Shown here: positions 10,346-21,500 of the stretch, in pieces
Layout: every line of letters begins with the position of its first letter
How positions within the stretch are numbered: the stretch's first letter is position 1
Assembly: GCA_964410585.1 (NCBI GenBank)
Contig: CAYPFW010000001.1
Coordinates: forward strand, 384,001-448,000
From: an uncultured archaeon
GTDB lineage: Archaea > Aenigmatarchaeota > Aenigmatarchaeia > QMZP01 > JACQNV01
Reading direction: 5' to 3'
DNA: 64,000 nt
Made by a program: the position numbers and the translations under genes
Notes under the pieces: model-generated
What the model was told of the DNA's origin: nothing
The model's input: only the letters and a program-made list of their open reading frames with translations
Databases searched by the model: none

Positions 10346-10376
10346 AAATAGGAAATATGCAAAAGTTTGCTAGCGG

Positions 10377-10427
10377 TTTTGGATACGGTAGCCTTTTGCA
10401 GAAGCCGGAAGGCTCTAAAAGGCTAGC
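10377..10427 (-). repeat. Palindromic repeat, family E
   Basis: Reverse complement of GCTAGCCTTTT..AAAAGGCTACCGTATCCAAAA; abuts rnp2 ATG. Confidence 0.8.
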
Positions 10428-10775
10428 ATGAAAATAAAAAAAATGCCAACATTGAAGGAGAGGTCGAGATACTTAGTCTTCAAAATACACTCAAAGGAAG
10501 CCCTAGACTACAATGACGTGAAAACAGCAATATGGGGCTCGATACTAAATTTCCTTGGCGAAGAACAAACTGCAAGAGCGAATGTGAGGATTGTAAGAAA
10601 CCTTTGGAAAACAAAAACAGGGACTGGATTTTTAAAATGTGGCCATTTGTATGTGGACAAAATAAAAGTCGCCTTGGCACTGATTAGCCAAATTGGCGAT
10701 TCAAAAGTTATTGTGCAGACTATGAGGGTTTCTGGGACAATAAAATCGGCGAACAAGAAGATGAAAACAGAATAA
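10428..10775 (+). CDS. rnp2: RNase P protein Pop5
   Basis: PTLKERSRYLVF, VSGTIK; superoperon context. Confidence 0.9.
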   Translation: MKIKKMPTLKERSRYLVFKIHSKEALDYNDVKTAIWGSILNFLGEEQTARANVRIVRNLWKTKTGTGFLKCGHLYVDKIKVALALISQIGDSKVIVQTMRVSGTIKSANKKMKTE

Positions 10776-10870
10776 CAAATTTATAAACCTAGTACTACTA
10801 TTATACTAATAATTTGAAGGCTGTTAGAATTAATGGCTTATTTTATGTTCCTTTAAAAAGGATATAGAGG

Positions 10871-11581
10871 GTGATAAATGTGCAACCATCTCCGCCAGCA
10901 CACATGGCTTACGACAGGACAATTGTGGTATTCTCTCCTGATGGAAGACTATTACAAGTAGAGTATGCAAGGCAAGCTGTAAAAAAAGGAAACACTGCTC
11001 TAGGAATAAAAACAAAAGACGCTGTAGTCCTAGGTGCAATTAAAACAATAGCAGAGCTTGGAGAGAGCGAAACATACAAAAAAGTATATGAGATAGATGA
11101 ACATATTGGTGTTGCTACTTCTGGCCTTTTGGCAGATGCTAGGGATATTATCGAAACAGCGAGAGTGAGGGCTCAGATAAACAAAGTCACTTATGGGGTG
11201 GGCGCATCTGTTCAAAAAATAACAAACTTCGTTGCAGACAGGAAGCATGTTGTAACACAGTATGCAGGTGTAAGGCCATATGGTGTCGGATTTTTAATTG
11301 GCGGTATAGATGACAAAGGACCAACTCTGAATGAAACAGACCCTTCTGGGACAATAATGGAATGGAAGGCACAAGCGATTGGAAGGGGAGCTGATAAAGC
11401 AAAGAAATTGTTCAAATCAAAATACAAAGAGGACATGTCAGCAGATGCAGCTGCGAAGCTTGCTGTAGAAGCTTTGCTTACAGGTGAAAAAGATTTGACA
11501 GCTGAAAATGTTGAAGTTGCTATTATCAGACAAGGCGAATTCAGAAGGTTGTCGATATCAGAGATTAAAAAGATGGTTTAA
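10871..11581 (+). CDS. psmA: 20S proteasome alpha subunit
   Basis: YDRTIVVFSPDGRLLQVEYA, RPYGVG, TDPSG. Confidence 0.97.
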   Translation: MINVQPSPPAHMAYDRTIVVFSPDGRLLQVEYARQAVKKGNTALGIKTKDAVVLGAIKTIAELGESETYKKVYEIDEHIGVATSGLLADARDIIETARVRAQINKVTYGVGASVQKITNFVADRKHVVTQYAGVRPYGVGFLIGGIDDKGPTLNETDPSGTIMEWKAQAIGRGADKAKKLFKSKYKEDMSADAAAKLAVEALLTGEKDLTAENVEVAIIRQGEFRRLSISEIKKMV

Positions 11582-11666
11582 GCGGCGCTTTTTCTAACCC
11601 TAAAATTTAATATAAAGAAGGTGATTGAAAAAAAGATATCTGCGATATTCTCGCAGTGCATTGGTT

Positions 11667-12371
11667 ATGGTTTCCGTTGAAGATGCAGTAATTGCAAGCA
11701 TAAATAAGAAAGGGAAGGATTTTGAAATTCTTGTTGACCCTGACATGGCCTTGGAAATAAAAAGGGGAAAAGAGGTTTCTGTCCAAAACACACTGGCCGT
11801 GAACCAAATTTTTAAGGATGCAAAAAAAGGTGATAGGTCGCCTGATTCTGAATTAAAAGAATGTTTTGACACAACTGATTTTCTAAAAATTGCAGCTGAA
11901 ATAATAAAAGACGGAAGACTACAGCTTACAACAGATCAAAAGAGAAAACTTACAGAAGAAAAGAGGATGGAAATAGCAAACCTGATTTCTAGGGAAGGCG
12001 TTGATCCTAAAACTCATATACCGCATCCAACAACAAGAATTTTAAATGCTATGAGAGAAGCTCATCTTGATATTGATCCATTTAAACCAGCAAAAATGCA
12101 AATGCAACATGTGATAGATAAGATCCAACCAATAATTCCTATTTCATTTGAGAAAGTCACCTTGGCCATAAAAATTCCAATGGAGTTTGCTGGGAAAGCT
12201 GGTCATACAATAAGAGAAATGGCAGAGGTTAAGAAGGAGGATTGGGCAAAAGATGGTTGGATTGTTTTGGTTACTATATCCGCTGGACTTCAAACAGATA
12301 TAATGGATAAATTGAACAAAATCACAGCCGGAAGGACAGAAGTTAAGGTTGTTAGTAGGGAGAGCATATAA
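11667..12371 (+). CDS. Ribosome maturation factor SBDS/Sdo1
   Basis: FEILVDPD, QLTTDQKR, DPKTHIPHP. Confidence 0.95.
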   Translation: MVSVEDAVIASINKKGKDFEILVDPDMALEIKRGKEVSVQNTLAVNQIFKDAKKGDRSPDSELKECFDTTDFLKIAAEIIKDGRLQLTTDQKRKLTEEKRMEIANLISREGVDPKTHIPHPTTRILNAMREAHLDIDPFKPAKMQMQHVIDKIQPIIPISFEKVTLAIKIPMEFAGKAGHTIREMAEVKKEDWAKDGWIVLVTISAGLQTDIMDKLNKITAGRTEVKVVSRESI

Positions 12372-12432
12372 GGGGCATTTATATTCCTTAATATCAAATT
12401 AGAAGGATAAAATTAAAGGGAGTGTTTTACAT

Positions 12433-13203
12433 ATGAGCGAGATGCTAAAAAATGAGCGAGATTTCGTAGTTCCTGGAGACGAAATCGTGAATTCAATGGA
12501 ATTCTTGCCAGGAAGAAATACTTTTAGGGACGGAAATTCGATATACTCTAAAAGACTTGGTTTAGTGCATGTAGAAAATCACGTTGTGTCTATTGTCCCG
12601 CTATCAGGTGGATATATACCACTTGTCGGCGATATGGTTATTGGTGAAGTCACCGATGTACAATCAAATGGTTGGATAATCAATATTGATTCAGCATATG
12701 ATGCATATCTGCCTCTTTCTGGTGTAAGACAATTCATAAGACAAGGAACCGACCTATCTAAAATATACGCAATAGGCGACATTGTTTATGCAAAAGTTTC
12801 TGTTGCAAGCGGAAACAGTCTAAATGTTTCTTTACAAGATATTAGAGCTAGAAAACTTGTTGGTGGCAAGCTCATGCAAATTTCTCCGGTAAAGGTACCT
12901 AGACTTATCGGAAAACAAGGATCAATGATTAGTTTGGTAAAGGAAAGAACAGGATGCAACATATATGTCGGCCAAAACGGTATCATCTGGGTCTTTGGTG
13001 ACAACTATGATTTGGTCACAGAAGTTTTGAGAAAAATAGAAAAGGAATCACACCACGAGGGTCTGACAGACAGCATCCAAAAATTATTAGAGGAAAAAGG
13101 AATTAAAAAACAGGAGGTTAAAAGTTCTGAACCACAAGAAGAACAGGCTCAAGAATTCAGTCAAGAACAGGCGCCTGAAAATTCAGATGAGGAACTTCAA
13201 TAA
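12433..13203 (+). CDS. rrp4: Exosome RNA-binding subunit Rrp4
   Basis: VVPGD, S1 domain, KH KVPRLIGKQGSM, VGQNGIIW. Confidence 0.95.
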   Translation: MSEMLKNERDFVVPGDEIVNSMEFLPGRNTFRDGNSIYSKRLGLVHVENHVVSIVPLSGGYIPLVGDMVIGEVTDVQSNGWIINIDSAYDAYLPLSGVRQFIRQGTDLSKIYAIGDIVYAKVSVASGNSLNVSLQDIRARKLVGGKLMQISPVKVPRLIGKQGSMISLVKERTGCNIYVGQNGIIWVFGDNYDLVTEVLRKIEKESHHEGLTDSIQKLLEEKGIKKQEVKSSEPQEEQAQEFSQEQAPENSDEELQ

Positions 13204-13205
13204 TT

Positions 13206-13931
13206 ATGGCAACATTAAAAAGAGCTGACGGAAGAAAGGCTGACGAATTAAGGCCTTTGATAATTAAAGCTGGTATTTTGGAAAAAGCACAGGGATCTGC
13301 TTTGGTAAAAATGGGTAGGACACATGCTTTGGCAGCTGTTTATGGACCAAGGGAATTGTATCCTAAATTTTTGCAAAAACCAGATAAAGCAACCCTACAA
13401 TTCAAATACAACATGGCTCCATTTTCGACAGAAGAAAGAGTTAAACCCGGACACTCAAGAAGATCAATGGAAATTTCAAAGGTTGTAGGTGAGGCACTTG
13501 AGGCTGTTGTTTATCTAAACGAATTTCCAAAAAGCACAATTGATGTATATGTTGAAATACTTCAAGCAGATGCTGGAACAAGAACAGCTGCACTAAATGC
13601 AGCAGCAGTAGCCTTAGCTGATGCTGGTTTGCCAATGAAAGATCTAGTTGCATCTGTATCTGCTGGAAAAATAGGAAATGACTATGTTTTGGATTTGGCA
13701 GGAAAAGAAGAAGATGAAACATTCTGTGATCTTCCTGTTGCATATAGTCCTAGGGACAAAAAAGTCACACTTTTGCAAATGGACGGTGACTTGCCTAAGC
13801 AAGATGTATTGAAAGTCATTGAACTAGCAATCAAAGGATGCGAACAAATATACAAGGAGCAAAAAAGAGCTTTACAAGAGAGATGGATTGGAGAAGCAAG
13901 AGCAGCATCTTTAATCAATGGAGGACAGTAG
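13206..13931 (+). CDS. rrp41: Exosome nuclease Rrp41
   Basis: RADGRKADELRP, VYGPRE, QADAGTR. Confidence 0.95.
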   Translation: MATLKRADGRKADELRPLIIKAGILEKAQGSALVKMGRTHALAAVYGPRELYPKFLQKPDKATLQFKYNMAPFSTEERVKPGHSRRSMEISKVVGEALEAVVYLNEFPKSTIDVYVEILQADAGTRTAALNAAAVALADAGLPMKDLVASVSAGKIGNDYVLDLAGKEEDETFCDLPVAYSPRDKKVTLLQMDGDLPKQDVLKVIELAIKGCEQIYKEQKRALQERWIGEARAASLINGGQ

Positions 13932-14700
13932 TATGTTATCAAGAGATAAATATTTTATCGGGCTTGCTGAAAAAGGCAAAAGAGATGACGGAAGAAAATT
14001 AGATGAATTTAGAAAAGTTGAAATTCAGACAGGCGTTGTTGAAAAAGCCGAGGGTTCTGCTTTGGTAAAACTTGGCTCTACACAAATACTTGCAGGAGTT
14101 AAAATGGATGTAAAGGAGCCGTTTGCTGATACTCCAAATGAAGGCGTGTTAATGGCTGGCGCTGAATTTTCACCAATTGCTTCACCTCTTTTTGAATCTG
14201 GCCCACCAAGTATCCAATCAATCGAACTAGCTCGTGTTGTTGATCGAGGAATAAGGGAATCACATGCAATTGATCTTGAAAAGCTTTGTATTGCCGAAGG
14301 TGAAAAAGTTTGGGTTGTAAGCGTTGACATACATGTTTTAGACAATGGTGGAAATATGACAGACGCAGCTGGCTTGGCTGCTATAGCTGCTCTTTTGGAC
14401 ACTAAAATGCCTAAATATGAAGATGAAAAAGTTATAAGTACAGAAAGAAAAGGCAAGCTTCCAGTAACATGCAAACCAGTTGCTGTAACACATATAAAGG
14501 TAGGCAACAATTTATTTGTAGATCCTCTTGTAGAAGAAGAAAATGTCGCTGATTCAAAACTGACTGTGACTACAAAAGATGACGGAAATATATCTTCTTT
14601 GCAAAAAAGCGGGTCAAAAGGTTTGACTCTGAAAGAAATCGAAGAGATTTTAGACAGAGCAATCAAAAACGGCAAAGAGTTGAGAAAACACTTGAAATAG
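13918..14700 (+). CDS. rrp42: Exosome subunit Rrp42
   Basis: RDDGRKLDEFR, ELARVVDRGIRES, DNGGN. Confidence 0.95.
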   Translation: MEDSSMLSRDKYFIGLAEKGKRDDGRKLDEFRKVEIQTGVVEKAEGSALVKLGSTQILAGVKMDVKEPFADTPNEGVLMAGAEFSPIASPLFESGPPSIQSIELARVVDRGIRESHAIDLEKLCIAEGEKVWVVSVDIHVLDNGGNMTDAAGLAAIAALLDTKMPKYEDEKVISTERKGKLPVTCKPVAVTHIKVGNNLFVDPLVEEENVADSKLTVTTKDDGNISSLQKSGSKGLTLKEIEEILDRAIKNGKELRKHLK

Positions 14701-14791
14701 CTAGCCTTTTCCGGGAGTTAACAACTTCCAAAGAATACCGAAACTGGTCTGAGGACCAGTTTCCAGCTACTGTCGTCTACCGTACCCAAAA
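14700..14791 (+). repeat. Family E repeat containing module D (14733-14766)
   Basis: GCTAGCCTTTTCCGGGAGTT...CTACCGTACCCAAAA; internal GAATACCGAAACTGG..CCAGTTTCC. Confidence 0.8.
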
Positions 14792-14823
14792 GTCAAAAAT
14801 TCACAATTATAAAGGGTTTAAGC

Positions 14824-14970
14824 GTGGAAGGCGTAATTTTTTCCAAGCAACAGCGAAGGAAAATCTGCATCTCCAACAATATTGTTGCAGAGATGTCTCG
14901 TGTCAACTTTGCGAAGAGGAGACACGAAATAGCCTCCTGTTTTGCTTAAGCTTTTAGGATAAAAGGTTTA
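14824..14970 (+). repeat. Family A repeat containing module C (14864-14927)
   Basis: GTGGAAGGCGTAA...[TCTGCATCTC..GAGATGTCTCGTG..GAGACACGA]..TAGCCTCC..hairpin ending at rpl37ae ATG. Confidence 0.85.
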
Positions 14971-15182
14971 TGGGGACAAGAAAAGTTAAATCTGCAGGAA
15001 GATACGGAGTCAGATACGGACTCAAATCAAGGAAGAGTAATGTAGAAATTGATACTTTTAAAAGGACAAAATGGCTATGCTCAAGCTGCCAAAAACCAGC
15101 TGTTAGAAGGCTCTCTGCTGGGATTTGGGAATGCAAAAAATGCGGAAACAAATTTGCAGGAAGGGCCTACAAGCCAAACTAA
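14970..15182 (+). CDS. rpl37ae: 50S ribosomal protein L37Ae (eL43)
   Basis: AGRYGVRYG, CxxC...GIWECKKC, FAG. Confidence 0.95.
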   Translation: MGTRKVKSAGRYGVRYGLKSRKSNVEIDTFKRTKWLCSSCQKPAVRRLSAGIWECKKCGNKFAGRAYKPN

Positions 15183-15195
15183 TTTGGAGGTTTCT

Positions 15196-15336
15196 ATGAT
15201 CTATAAGTGCATGCATTGCGGAAAACAAGTTGAAATAGATTTGAAAAAAACAAAGAAAATTATTTGTCAATTCTGTGGATTTAGAATAATTGAAAAACCA
15301 AAGACTGGAATTTCAAAAAGGGTTCAAGCAATTTGA
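15196..15336 (+). CDS. rpoP: RNA polymerase subunit P (Rpo12)
   Basis: MIYKCMHCG...ICQFCGFRII, GGAGG RBS, follows rpl37ae. Confidence 0.92.
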   Translation: MIYKCMHCGKQVEIDLKKTKKIICQFCGFRIIEKPKTGISKRVQAI

Positions 15337-15360
15337 TTTTCATTTTTAAAGTTTAAGCAT

Positions 15361-15555
15361 TGGAAGGCGTAATCGAGCAACAGCGACGAAAAACGGATAC
15401 TGAAGCTGGTAAAACCAGCTTCTAACTCTTACGCGCCTCCTATTTTTGCTTAAGTCAGCATCTCACATAGTGCATTGGATGATGAGATGTCTCGTGAACA
15501 ATTAACGGAGAAAGAGGTTAGTGGGAGACACGACCTTTTTACAGAAAAAGCTTAT
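15361..15555 (+). repeat. Family A repeat containing modules D (15394-15426) and C (15455-15533)
   Basis: TGGAAGGCGTAA..GCCTCC; C sits inside the terminal hairpin at TAAG|CCTTTT. Confidence 0.85.
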
Positions 15556-15891
15556 ATGACAGAACAACAAAGCCCTCAAGTTCAACAATGGCTTACACAA
15601 GCTCAGATGTATCAGCAACAACTTCAGCAAGTTCTTGTGCAAAAAGAACAAATGAAACTTCAGCTTGCAGAAATTAAAAAAGCATTGGAAGAGCTTGAAA
15701 AAACAAAAGAAGATGTTTACAAAATTGCAGGGCCTATTCTTGTAAAATCAACAAAAGAAGACATCAAAAAAGATTTGGGTGAAAAGTCAGAGCTTTTTGA
15801 GCTTAGAGTCAAAACCCTTGAAAAGGGCGAATCAAAGCTAAAAAGCCAATTCGAAGAACTCAAAGAAAAGATTTCTAAGTTGAGCAAGTAG
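15556..15891 (+). CDS. pfdB: Prefoldin beta subunit
   Basis: Coiled coil with VYKIAGPILVK hairpin; superoperon position. Confidence 0.92.
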   Translation: MTEQQSPQVQQWLTQAQMYQQQLQQVLVQKEQMKLQLAEIKKALEELEKTKEDVYKIAGPILVKSTKEDIKKDLGEKSELFELRVKTLEKGESKLKSQFEELKEKISKLSK

Positions 15892-15934
15892 CTAGCCTTT
15901 TCTTAGAAAGAAAAGGCTACCGTACCCAAAAGAA
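15891..15934 (+). repeat. Family E repeat (minimal form)
   Basis: GCTAGCCTTTTCTTAGAAAGAAAAGGCTACCGTACCCAAAAGAA at pfdB stop. Confidence 0.85.
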
Positions 15935-15976
15935 CTACAATTGAAGGCTAAAAAATTTACTGTATCCAAAATCAAT

Positions 15977-17254
15977 TTACGATTTCTTCAGAGGGTCTCT
16001 GATCAACAGAACATAATTCCCATCTTCTCTGTTTGCTGGCAAATATTTTCTCGCAGCTTCCATTATTTTTTCCGGGGTCAATTTTTCAAAGCCGTCTATA
16101 AACCATTCGTATGGACGCTGGAAATTTATTTGATATTCTATTATATCTAATCTGCCTCTGTTTGCTTCTAATTTTTTTGCTACACGATATTTTGCTTTTC
16201 GCATACACGAATCAAACTCAGATCTATCTATAGGTTCTTCTCGCAGTTTTCTCATTTCATCGAATATCAAATCAAGAGCCCTATCAATAGAGGTTGCTTT
16301 TATATCGCCATAAACTGTAAGAAGTCCATAGCTTCTTCCGCCAACATATTTGGTTTTTATTGAATATGCTAATCCGTTTTCATGTCTAACAGATTTGTGG
16401 AGCCTATATCCAGAATCTCCTAAAATTTCTACTATTGCAGCTATTGAATGAATATCATCGTGAGTTTTGGGTGGAGCAATCAAGCCCAGTCTTATATGTG
16501 CACTGCTCTCTTCTGGATTTTCAGGGTTGATCAAGTCTGGATTGGATGTGTGTATTATTGTTTTTTGGGTTAAGGGTGGAACTAGCGGAAGTTCAATTTT
16601 ATTAGCTACACCAACTGGCGCCTGTCCAAAAAACTTACTGATTTGTTGATCAGCATTATTTGGAAGACATCCAACTAAAACTAGATGTGAATTATTTGCA
16701 CAATATTCTCTTGTGTGAAAAGCTCTCAAACCTTCACGTTTTGCAGATGCAATTATTCTATCCTTTCCCGCAATTTCATATGTGTGGAAATTGTCTCTAA
16801 ACAGAGCCGTATCATACTGAGGACTTGACTCTCTCCAATCACTGCTTTTTTCATCTGCTATTTCTCTGAGTATTGCTTGGCGTTCTTTTTCCACTGTTTC
16901 TGGATCTAAAGTAGGTCTAAAAGCAGCACCAGAAGCAAAATCCATAAATAATTCGAAATGTTCCGAAAGCATATCAGCTTCGATATGTGTCGCTGTTAAG
17001 CCTGTCCCTGCATTACAAAAACCAAAAATATGTTCAGTTTTAAGTGCTTCTTCAGGAGTAAAATTTGGGCTCCCCCCTGTCATTAAACAATGTTCCAGAA
17101 AATGTGCAAACCCTTCTTCTCCAGGAAGCTCACTCAGGGCACCTGTGTTTATTGTCAGTTTTGCTGCAATTGTTTGTGTTGGTGTGTCCTCTAAAGCTAC
17201 AAATAATCCATTATCGAGTCTAAACTCTCTGTATCTGCTGCTTAGTACTGACAT
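15977..17254 (-). CDS. M16 family Zn peptidase
   Basis: LDNGL, GFAHFLEH (HxxEH), RL..VR..GLAY. Confidence 0.9.
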   Translation of the reverse strand: MSVLSSRYREFRLDNGLFVALEDTPTQTIAAKLTINTGALSELPGEEGFAHFLEHCLMTGGSPNFTPEEALKTEHIFGFCNAGTGLTATHIEADMLSEHFELFMDFASGAAFRPTLDPETVEKERQAILREIADEKSSDWRESSPQYDTALFRDNFHTYEIAGKDRIIASAKREGLRAFHTREYCANNSHLVLVGCLPNNADQQISKFFGQAPVGVANKIELPLVPPLTQKTIIHTSNPDLINPENPEESSAHIRLGLIAPPKTHDDIHSIAAIVEILGDSGYRLHKSVRHENGLAYSIKTKYVGGRSYGLLTVYGDIKATSIDRALDLIFDEMRKLREEPIDRSEFDSCMRKAKYRVAKKLEANRGRLDIIEYQINFQRPYEWFIDGFEKLTPEKIMEAARKYLPANREDGNYVLLIRDPLKKS

Positions 17255-17414
17255 AATATTAGCTGAAAGTAAATTTTATAAGCTTTAAACCACACCACTA
17301 GCTGCAGAAACACACAAATTACAAGATCCAAACGAATTTAAATCTGAAACCCTATATTTACACAGTAATTGTCCTTTTCTTTTACAAGGGAAGGTTTATT
17401 TGGGGGTAGGATTT

Positions 17415-17774
17415 ATGGGTTTACAAAATCTTTTTAAAGGTAAGGAATTCTCATCTCTAGATGAGGGTCAAGAATATGTAGAAGTAAACGTTGCTGACGG
17501 ACTTTCTACAGGTTCTGCAAGGGAACTTGGAAAAGTTGGCATCGTTGTTGAGAAACTTTCTGAATTTTCAGACACAGAAAGAGTTCTTAAACAGGTCAGA
17601 GAAGGAAATATCATTTTCCTGAAGATCAAAGGCCTAAAGGAAAAAGACATAGGCGAATTGAAGCGAGCAGTTGAAAGATTGAAAAAGACTGTTATGGCTT
17701 CAAACGGAGAAATAATCGGCATCGAGCAAGATTGGCTGATTTTGACTCCTGAACACGCAGCTGTGAACAGATAA
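17415..17774 (+). CDS. sepF: Cell division protein SepF (archaeal type)
   Basis: VREGNIIFL, ELKRAVERLK, GEIIG, LILTP. Confidence 0.85.
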   Translation: MGLQNLFKGKEFSSLDEGQEYVEVNVADGLSTGSARELGKVGIVVEKLSEFSDTERVLKQVREGNIIFLKIKGLKEKDIGELKRAVERLKKTVMASNGEIIGIEQDWLILTPEHAAVNR

Positions 17775-17854
17775 CCTTTTTCTCAAAAAAGGTTAATCAA
17801 AAACAGGAGGCTAATTTTTCTGCGCCTGATGGCTTGAAAAATTTACGCCTTCCT
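17772..17854 (-). repeat. Family A repeat
   Basis: TAACCTTTT..AAAAGGTTA, GGAGGCTA...TTACGCCTTCC; begins on sepF stop. Confidence 0.85.
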
Positions 17855-17967
17855 AAATTCAAATTTCAAAAGAGGGTTTTGTTTTTTCGCCCTTTCTACC
17901 CCTAATTTTAAAAACCTATTCTTTTCCTAGATGTCAGTATTTAAAATTTAGCCTTCTAGTTCTAAAA

Positions 17968-18387
17968 ATGGAATTTGATCCACTTAGAAATTATACAAGA
18001 GAACAAGGATCTAGAATATTGTATGATAGGCTTGGGCATGAAATACCCACAAGAATTGATGGGAGAGATGGATTAGGAGAAGATCAGTGTCTGGAATTTT
18101 ATTTATTCATGATTAAAAGGCTCGTACAGCACAAGGAAATTACAGAAAGAAAAGGAGTGTTTTCTGGTGGAAATTTGGCTGTATTTATCCATCATGTGAG
18201 TGGACATGTAGCTCTTGCTGAAATCGTTAGAAAATATCTGGATAAAGATAAAGCTCAGAGGCTTTGTCGAAAAGAAGATTTGAGAAAACATCTTGTAAAA
18301 TATGCAGGCTATTTGTGGGTTCGCGGCGACAAAAGGGAAGAGTTTGAAAGAGGACTAGATGCTGAATATGAAAATAATGATAGGTAG
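17968..18387 (+). CDS. Hypothetical protein
   Basis: 139-aa ORF with TTTAAAA box about 27 nt upstream. Confidence 0.6.
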   Translation: MEFDPLRNYTREQGSRILYDRLGHEIPTRIDGRDGLGEDQCLEFYLFMIKRLVQHKEITERKGVFSGGNLAVFIHHVSGHVALAEIVRKYLDKDKAQRLCRKEDLRKHLVKYAGYLWVRGDKREEFERGLDAEYENNDR

Positions 18388-18445
18388 CTTTTCATTTCTT
18401 TTACTCTAAATTTGTTTAAATATAAGCTAATCTACAGTATATACT

Positions 18446-18583
18446 ATGTCTACTGGGTCTACAACAATAAGAATAAGCAAACAAACGAAAGAAAAACTAG
18501 AAGGCCTAGACTTTGTAAGAAAAAACACATTTGATGAAATATTGCTGAAATTAATCGACTTTTATGAAAAGAAGCGAAAGTAG
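18446..18583 (+). CDS. Small ribbon-helix-helix-like protein (45 aa, not in ORF track)
   Basis: MSTGSTTIRISKQTKEKLEGLDFVRKNTFDEILLKLIDFYEKKRK; TTIxIS..TKxxL..TFDEI pattern. Confidence 0.7.
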   Translation: MSTGSTTIRISKQTKEKLEGLDFVRKNTFDEILLKLIDFYEKKRK

Positions 18584-21500
18584 TGCTGCGTTAGCTATAG
18601 TTTTTTTGGCATTAATCATACTCTCTTCAACAAGCTCAAGCCAAGTAAGCGATTGCTATAACAATACAGCCAATCCCATACCTATTTGTACGTGCATAGA
18701 CCTGAACAAAACGAGAAATAATATAACAGCAAGCTACAAACTGCAGAACAATGTGGATTGTTCTGATACAGTTAACTGGAACTCTGGAGCTGGATGGAGT
18801 CCGATAGCAACTTCAGGATCCAGGTTCTCTGGTACGTTTAATGGAAACAACTACAATATATCAGGTTTATACATAAACAGATCTTCAACTGATTATCAAG
18901 GTCTATTCGCTGCAACCACTGCAGGCGCTCAGATCTTAAATTTAGGTCTTGTGAATGTTAGCATTAATGGCAGCATTAGAACCGGTTCAATAGCCGGTGC
19001 ACATTGGGGAGGAACAATAAACAATTCTTTCTCAACTGGCACTGTTTTTGGAAAGTATTTTGTTGGGGGTCTATCGGGCGAAAGCAGTGCAATAATAAAC
19101 AACTCTTTCTCTCATGCAAATGTTAGTGCATCTGGCAACAATCCAGCATATGCAGGTGGATTAGTTGGATATCTTAGCGGGGGCACACTAGATAAATCAT
19201 ATGCCACAGGAACTGTTTCTAGTACTAATAGCCGAGTTGGCGGGCTTGTAGGCGAGCACTATCAAGCAACAATTATAAATTCTTACTCAACTGGTAATGT
19301 TTTTGGGAGCGGCGTAGTTGGTGGATTAGCTGGAATAATGAGTGGATCAACAACATATATTTTATCCTCATATTCGACAAGCAATGTTACTGGAACATCG
19401 TCAAGCGTCGGTGGATTGGTTGGTTTTGTACAATCGAGTGCAGTGATAAATAATAGCTATGCACGGGGAAATGTTTCAAGTACATCTGGTATTGGCGGTC
19501 TTGTAGGATATATGCAGATCAGTTCCACAATCTACAACTCATACGCAACTGGTAAATTATCTGGAAGCAGTACAGTTGGTGGATTGGTTGGAACTGTTTC
19601 CTCAAGTACATGTACAGATAGTTTTTGGGATAATCAAACAACAGGAAAATCAACATCGGCATGCGGCACTGGAAAAACAACTTCGCAAATGAAAAATGTT
19701 TCCACATTCACAGACACATCAAGTCCTGGATTAAGCACAGCTTGGGATTTTGTTAATAATCCAAACAATGATAATCAAAACAGAAATTATTGGGATATAT
19801 CTACTTTAAACGATGGATATCCATTTTTGACTTCCATAGCACCATCAGTTTCAAATCCTCCATCATGTGGCCAAACACTAAATGCTTCAACAACACTTTC
19901 ATCTAACATAGCAGGATCAGGCAATTGCTTCACTATAGGCGCTAATAGTTTAGTAATAAATGGAAATGGAAAATCGATAACAGGCAATGGATCAGGCTCT
20001 GCATTTACAATAGGAAATTTTAGCAATATCACAATAGCTAATGTTACAATAACAAATTTCACATCAGACTTTTCCATATCTAATGGGGATTTAACGGCAA
20101 TAAATTCTTCCTTCAACAGATCAAGGGTTTTATTTACCACCGATGCGACTGGAAACCTAACAACAAAATGGCATGTTGATGTTGTTGTAAGGGAATGGGG
20201 ATATTCCTATTTTGAGGGATCTGGATCTAGCGGAGGCTATTGCGGAGATAGAGTATGTGGCTCAAGTGAAACTCAGTATACATGTCCATATGATTGTTCA
20301 GGTGGAGAGTCAGCCAACTGTGGAAATGGTTTTTGTGGTTTTGGAGAAACACCGTCTAGTTGTCCTGCTGATTGTGGCGGAAATCCTCCAGCTGCTCCTG
20401 GAACATCTGGAATTAATGTGACTGTGTATAATGTAACCGGTAACATACTTTCATATGCTCTCACAAATTCTCAGGGAAGAATACCGTCACTAATATTAAC
20501 AGAATTTTTTCAAAACTCAACAACAAAAATTTTACAAACCCCACACTCAATAAACACATCGAAAGAAGGGACAAAAAAAGATGGAAGAACAGTTAATTTA
20601 ACGGCAACAGGTACAGTATCGCTTGAATTTGTTGCTAAGAAACCATTTAATAATTGTGAGAGTTATAATGGAAATCAAACAACGTGTACTGCTGCAAGTT
20701 GTTCTTGGGAAAACGATACACAATTATGTAGGCCATCTTTCTCCTCTATGGACTGTAGTCAGTTTTGTGGATTATGTACAACACAAGGATCGTGCTCCTC
20801 TAGTTCCAGGAGCTGCATTTGGCAATCTTCTGGATCAGGTTTTTGTAGGGAAAACTTCACTACATTTAGCTATGGGACAGGTGGATCTAGCAATTCAACT
20901 GGGTATTTCAGTTTTGTGCCAACTGATTGTCTGAAAGAACCGCATAAATGTGATTCCCAGTTCGATGTAGAAAAAGGATTTGTTAAATATGAAACAATGT
21001 GTTCAGACTCTGTTGACAATGATAAGGACGGTTCAACAGATTGTTCTGACATAGATTGTTCAAGGTGGCCATCTTGTACAAGTTCATATAATTCATCGGC
21101 AGACACAACACCGCCAAAACTTGCAAATTGTAAAGTTGAAACAGACCTAAATTCAGTTGATATATTCTGTTCAGCTACAGAACCTACAAATGCAACACTA
21201 TCATTCTACGGAACAAACACAACATGTTCTGTCCTAAACACAACATTAACAGAGCCCAATTTAGCTGGCTGTAGTTTAGATGACTATGCATTATGGCACC
21301 AGTTTAGTGTTGATTCATCTAGCGTTTACTCATTGAGCCCAAACACAACCTACTTCTACAAATTATCTGGATATGATCAGGCTGGTTTAGAATATCAAAC
21401 AGCCTGCTTGAACTTTACAACAAAGTCATCTGCACAAACATACAAATTTAGGATTGCATATGATGGTGTCAAAATCAACACTGGCTCTGGATTACAATCA

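Noticed and set aside
15475-15555. N-terminal extensions of pfdB, the fur-family gene (30608) and DUF2203 (57748), and ORF 29567-29827
   Set aside because: These are read-through of repeat elements; downstream ATGs match the family starts.
14700-15555. Possible CRISPR array
   Set aside because: Repeats are dispersed, nested and divergent, with no regular repeat-spacer period and no cas genes.
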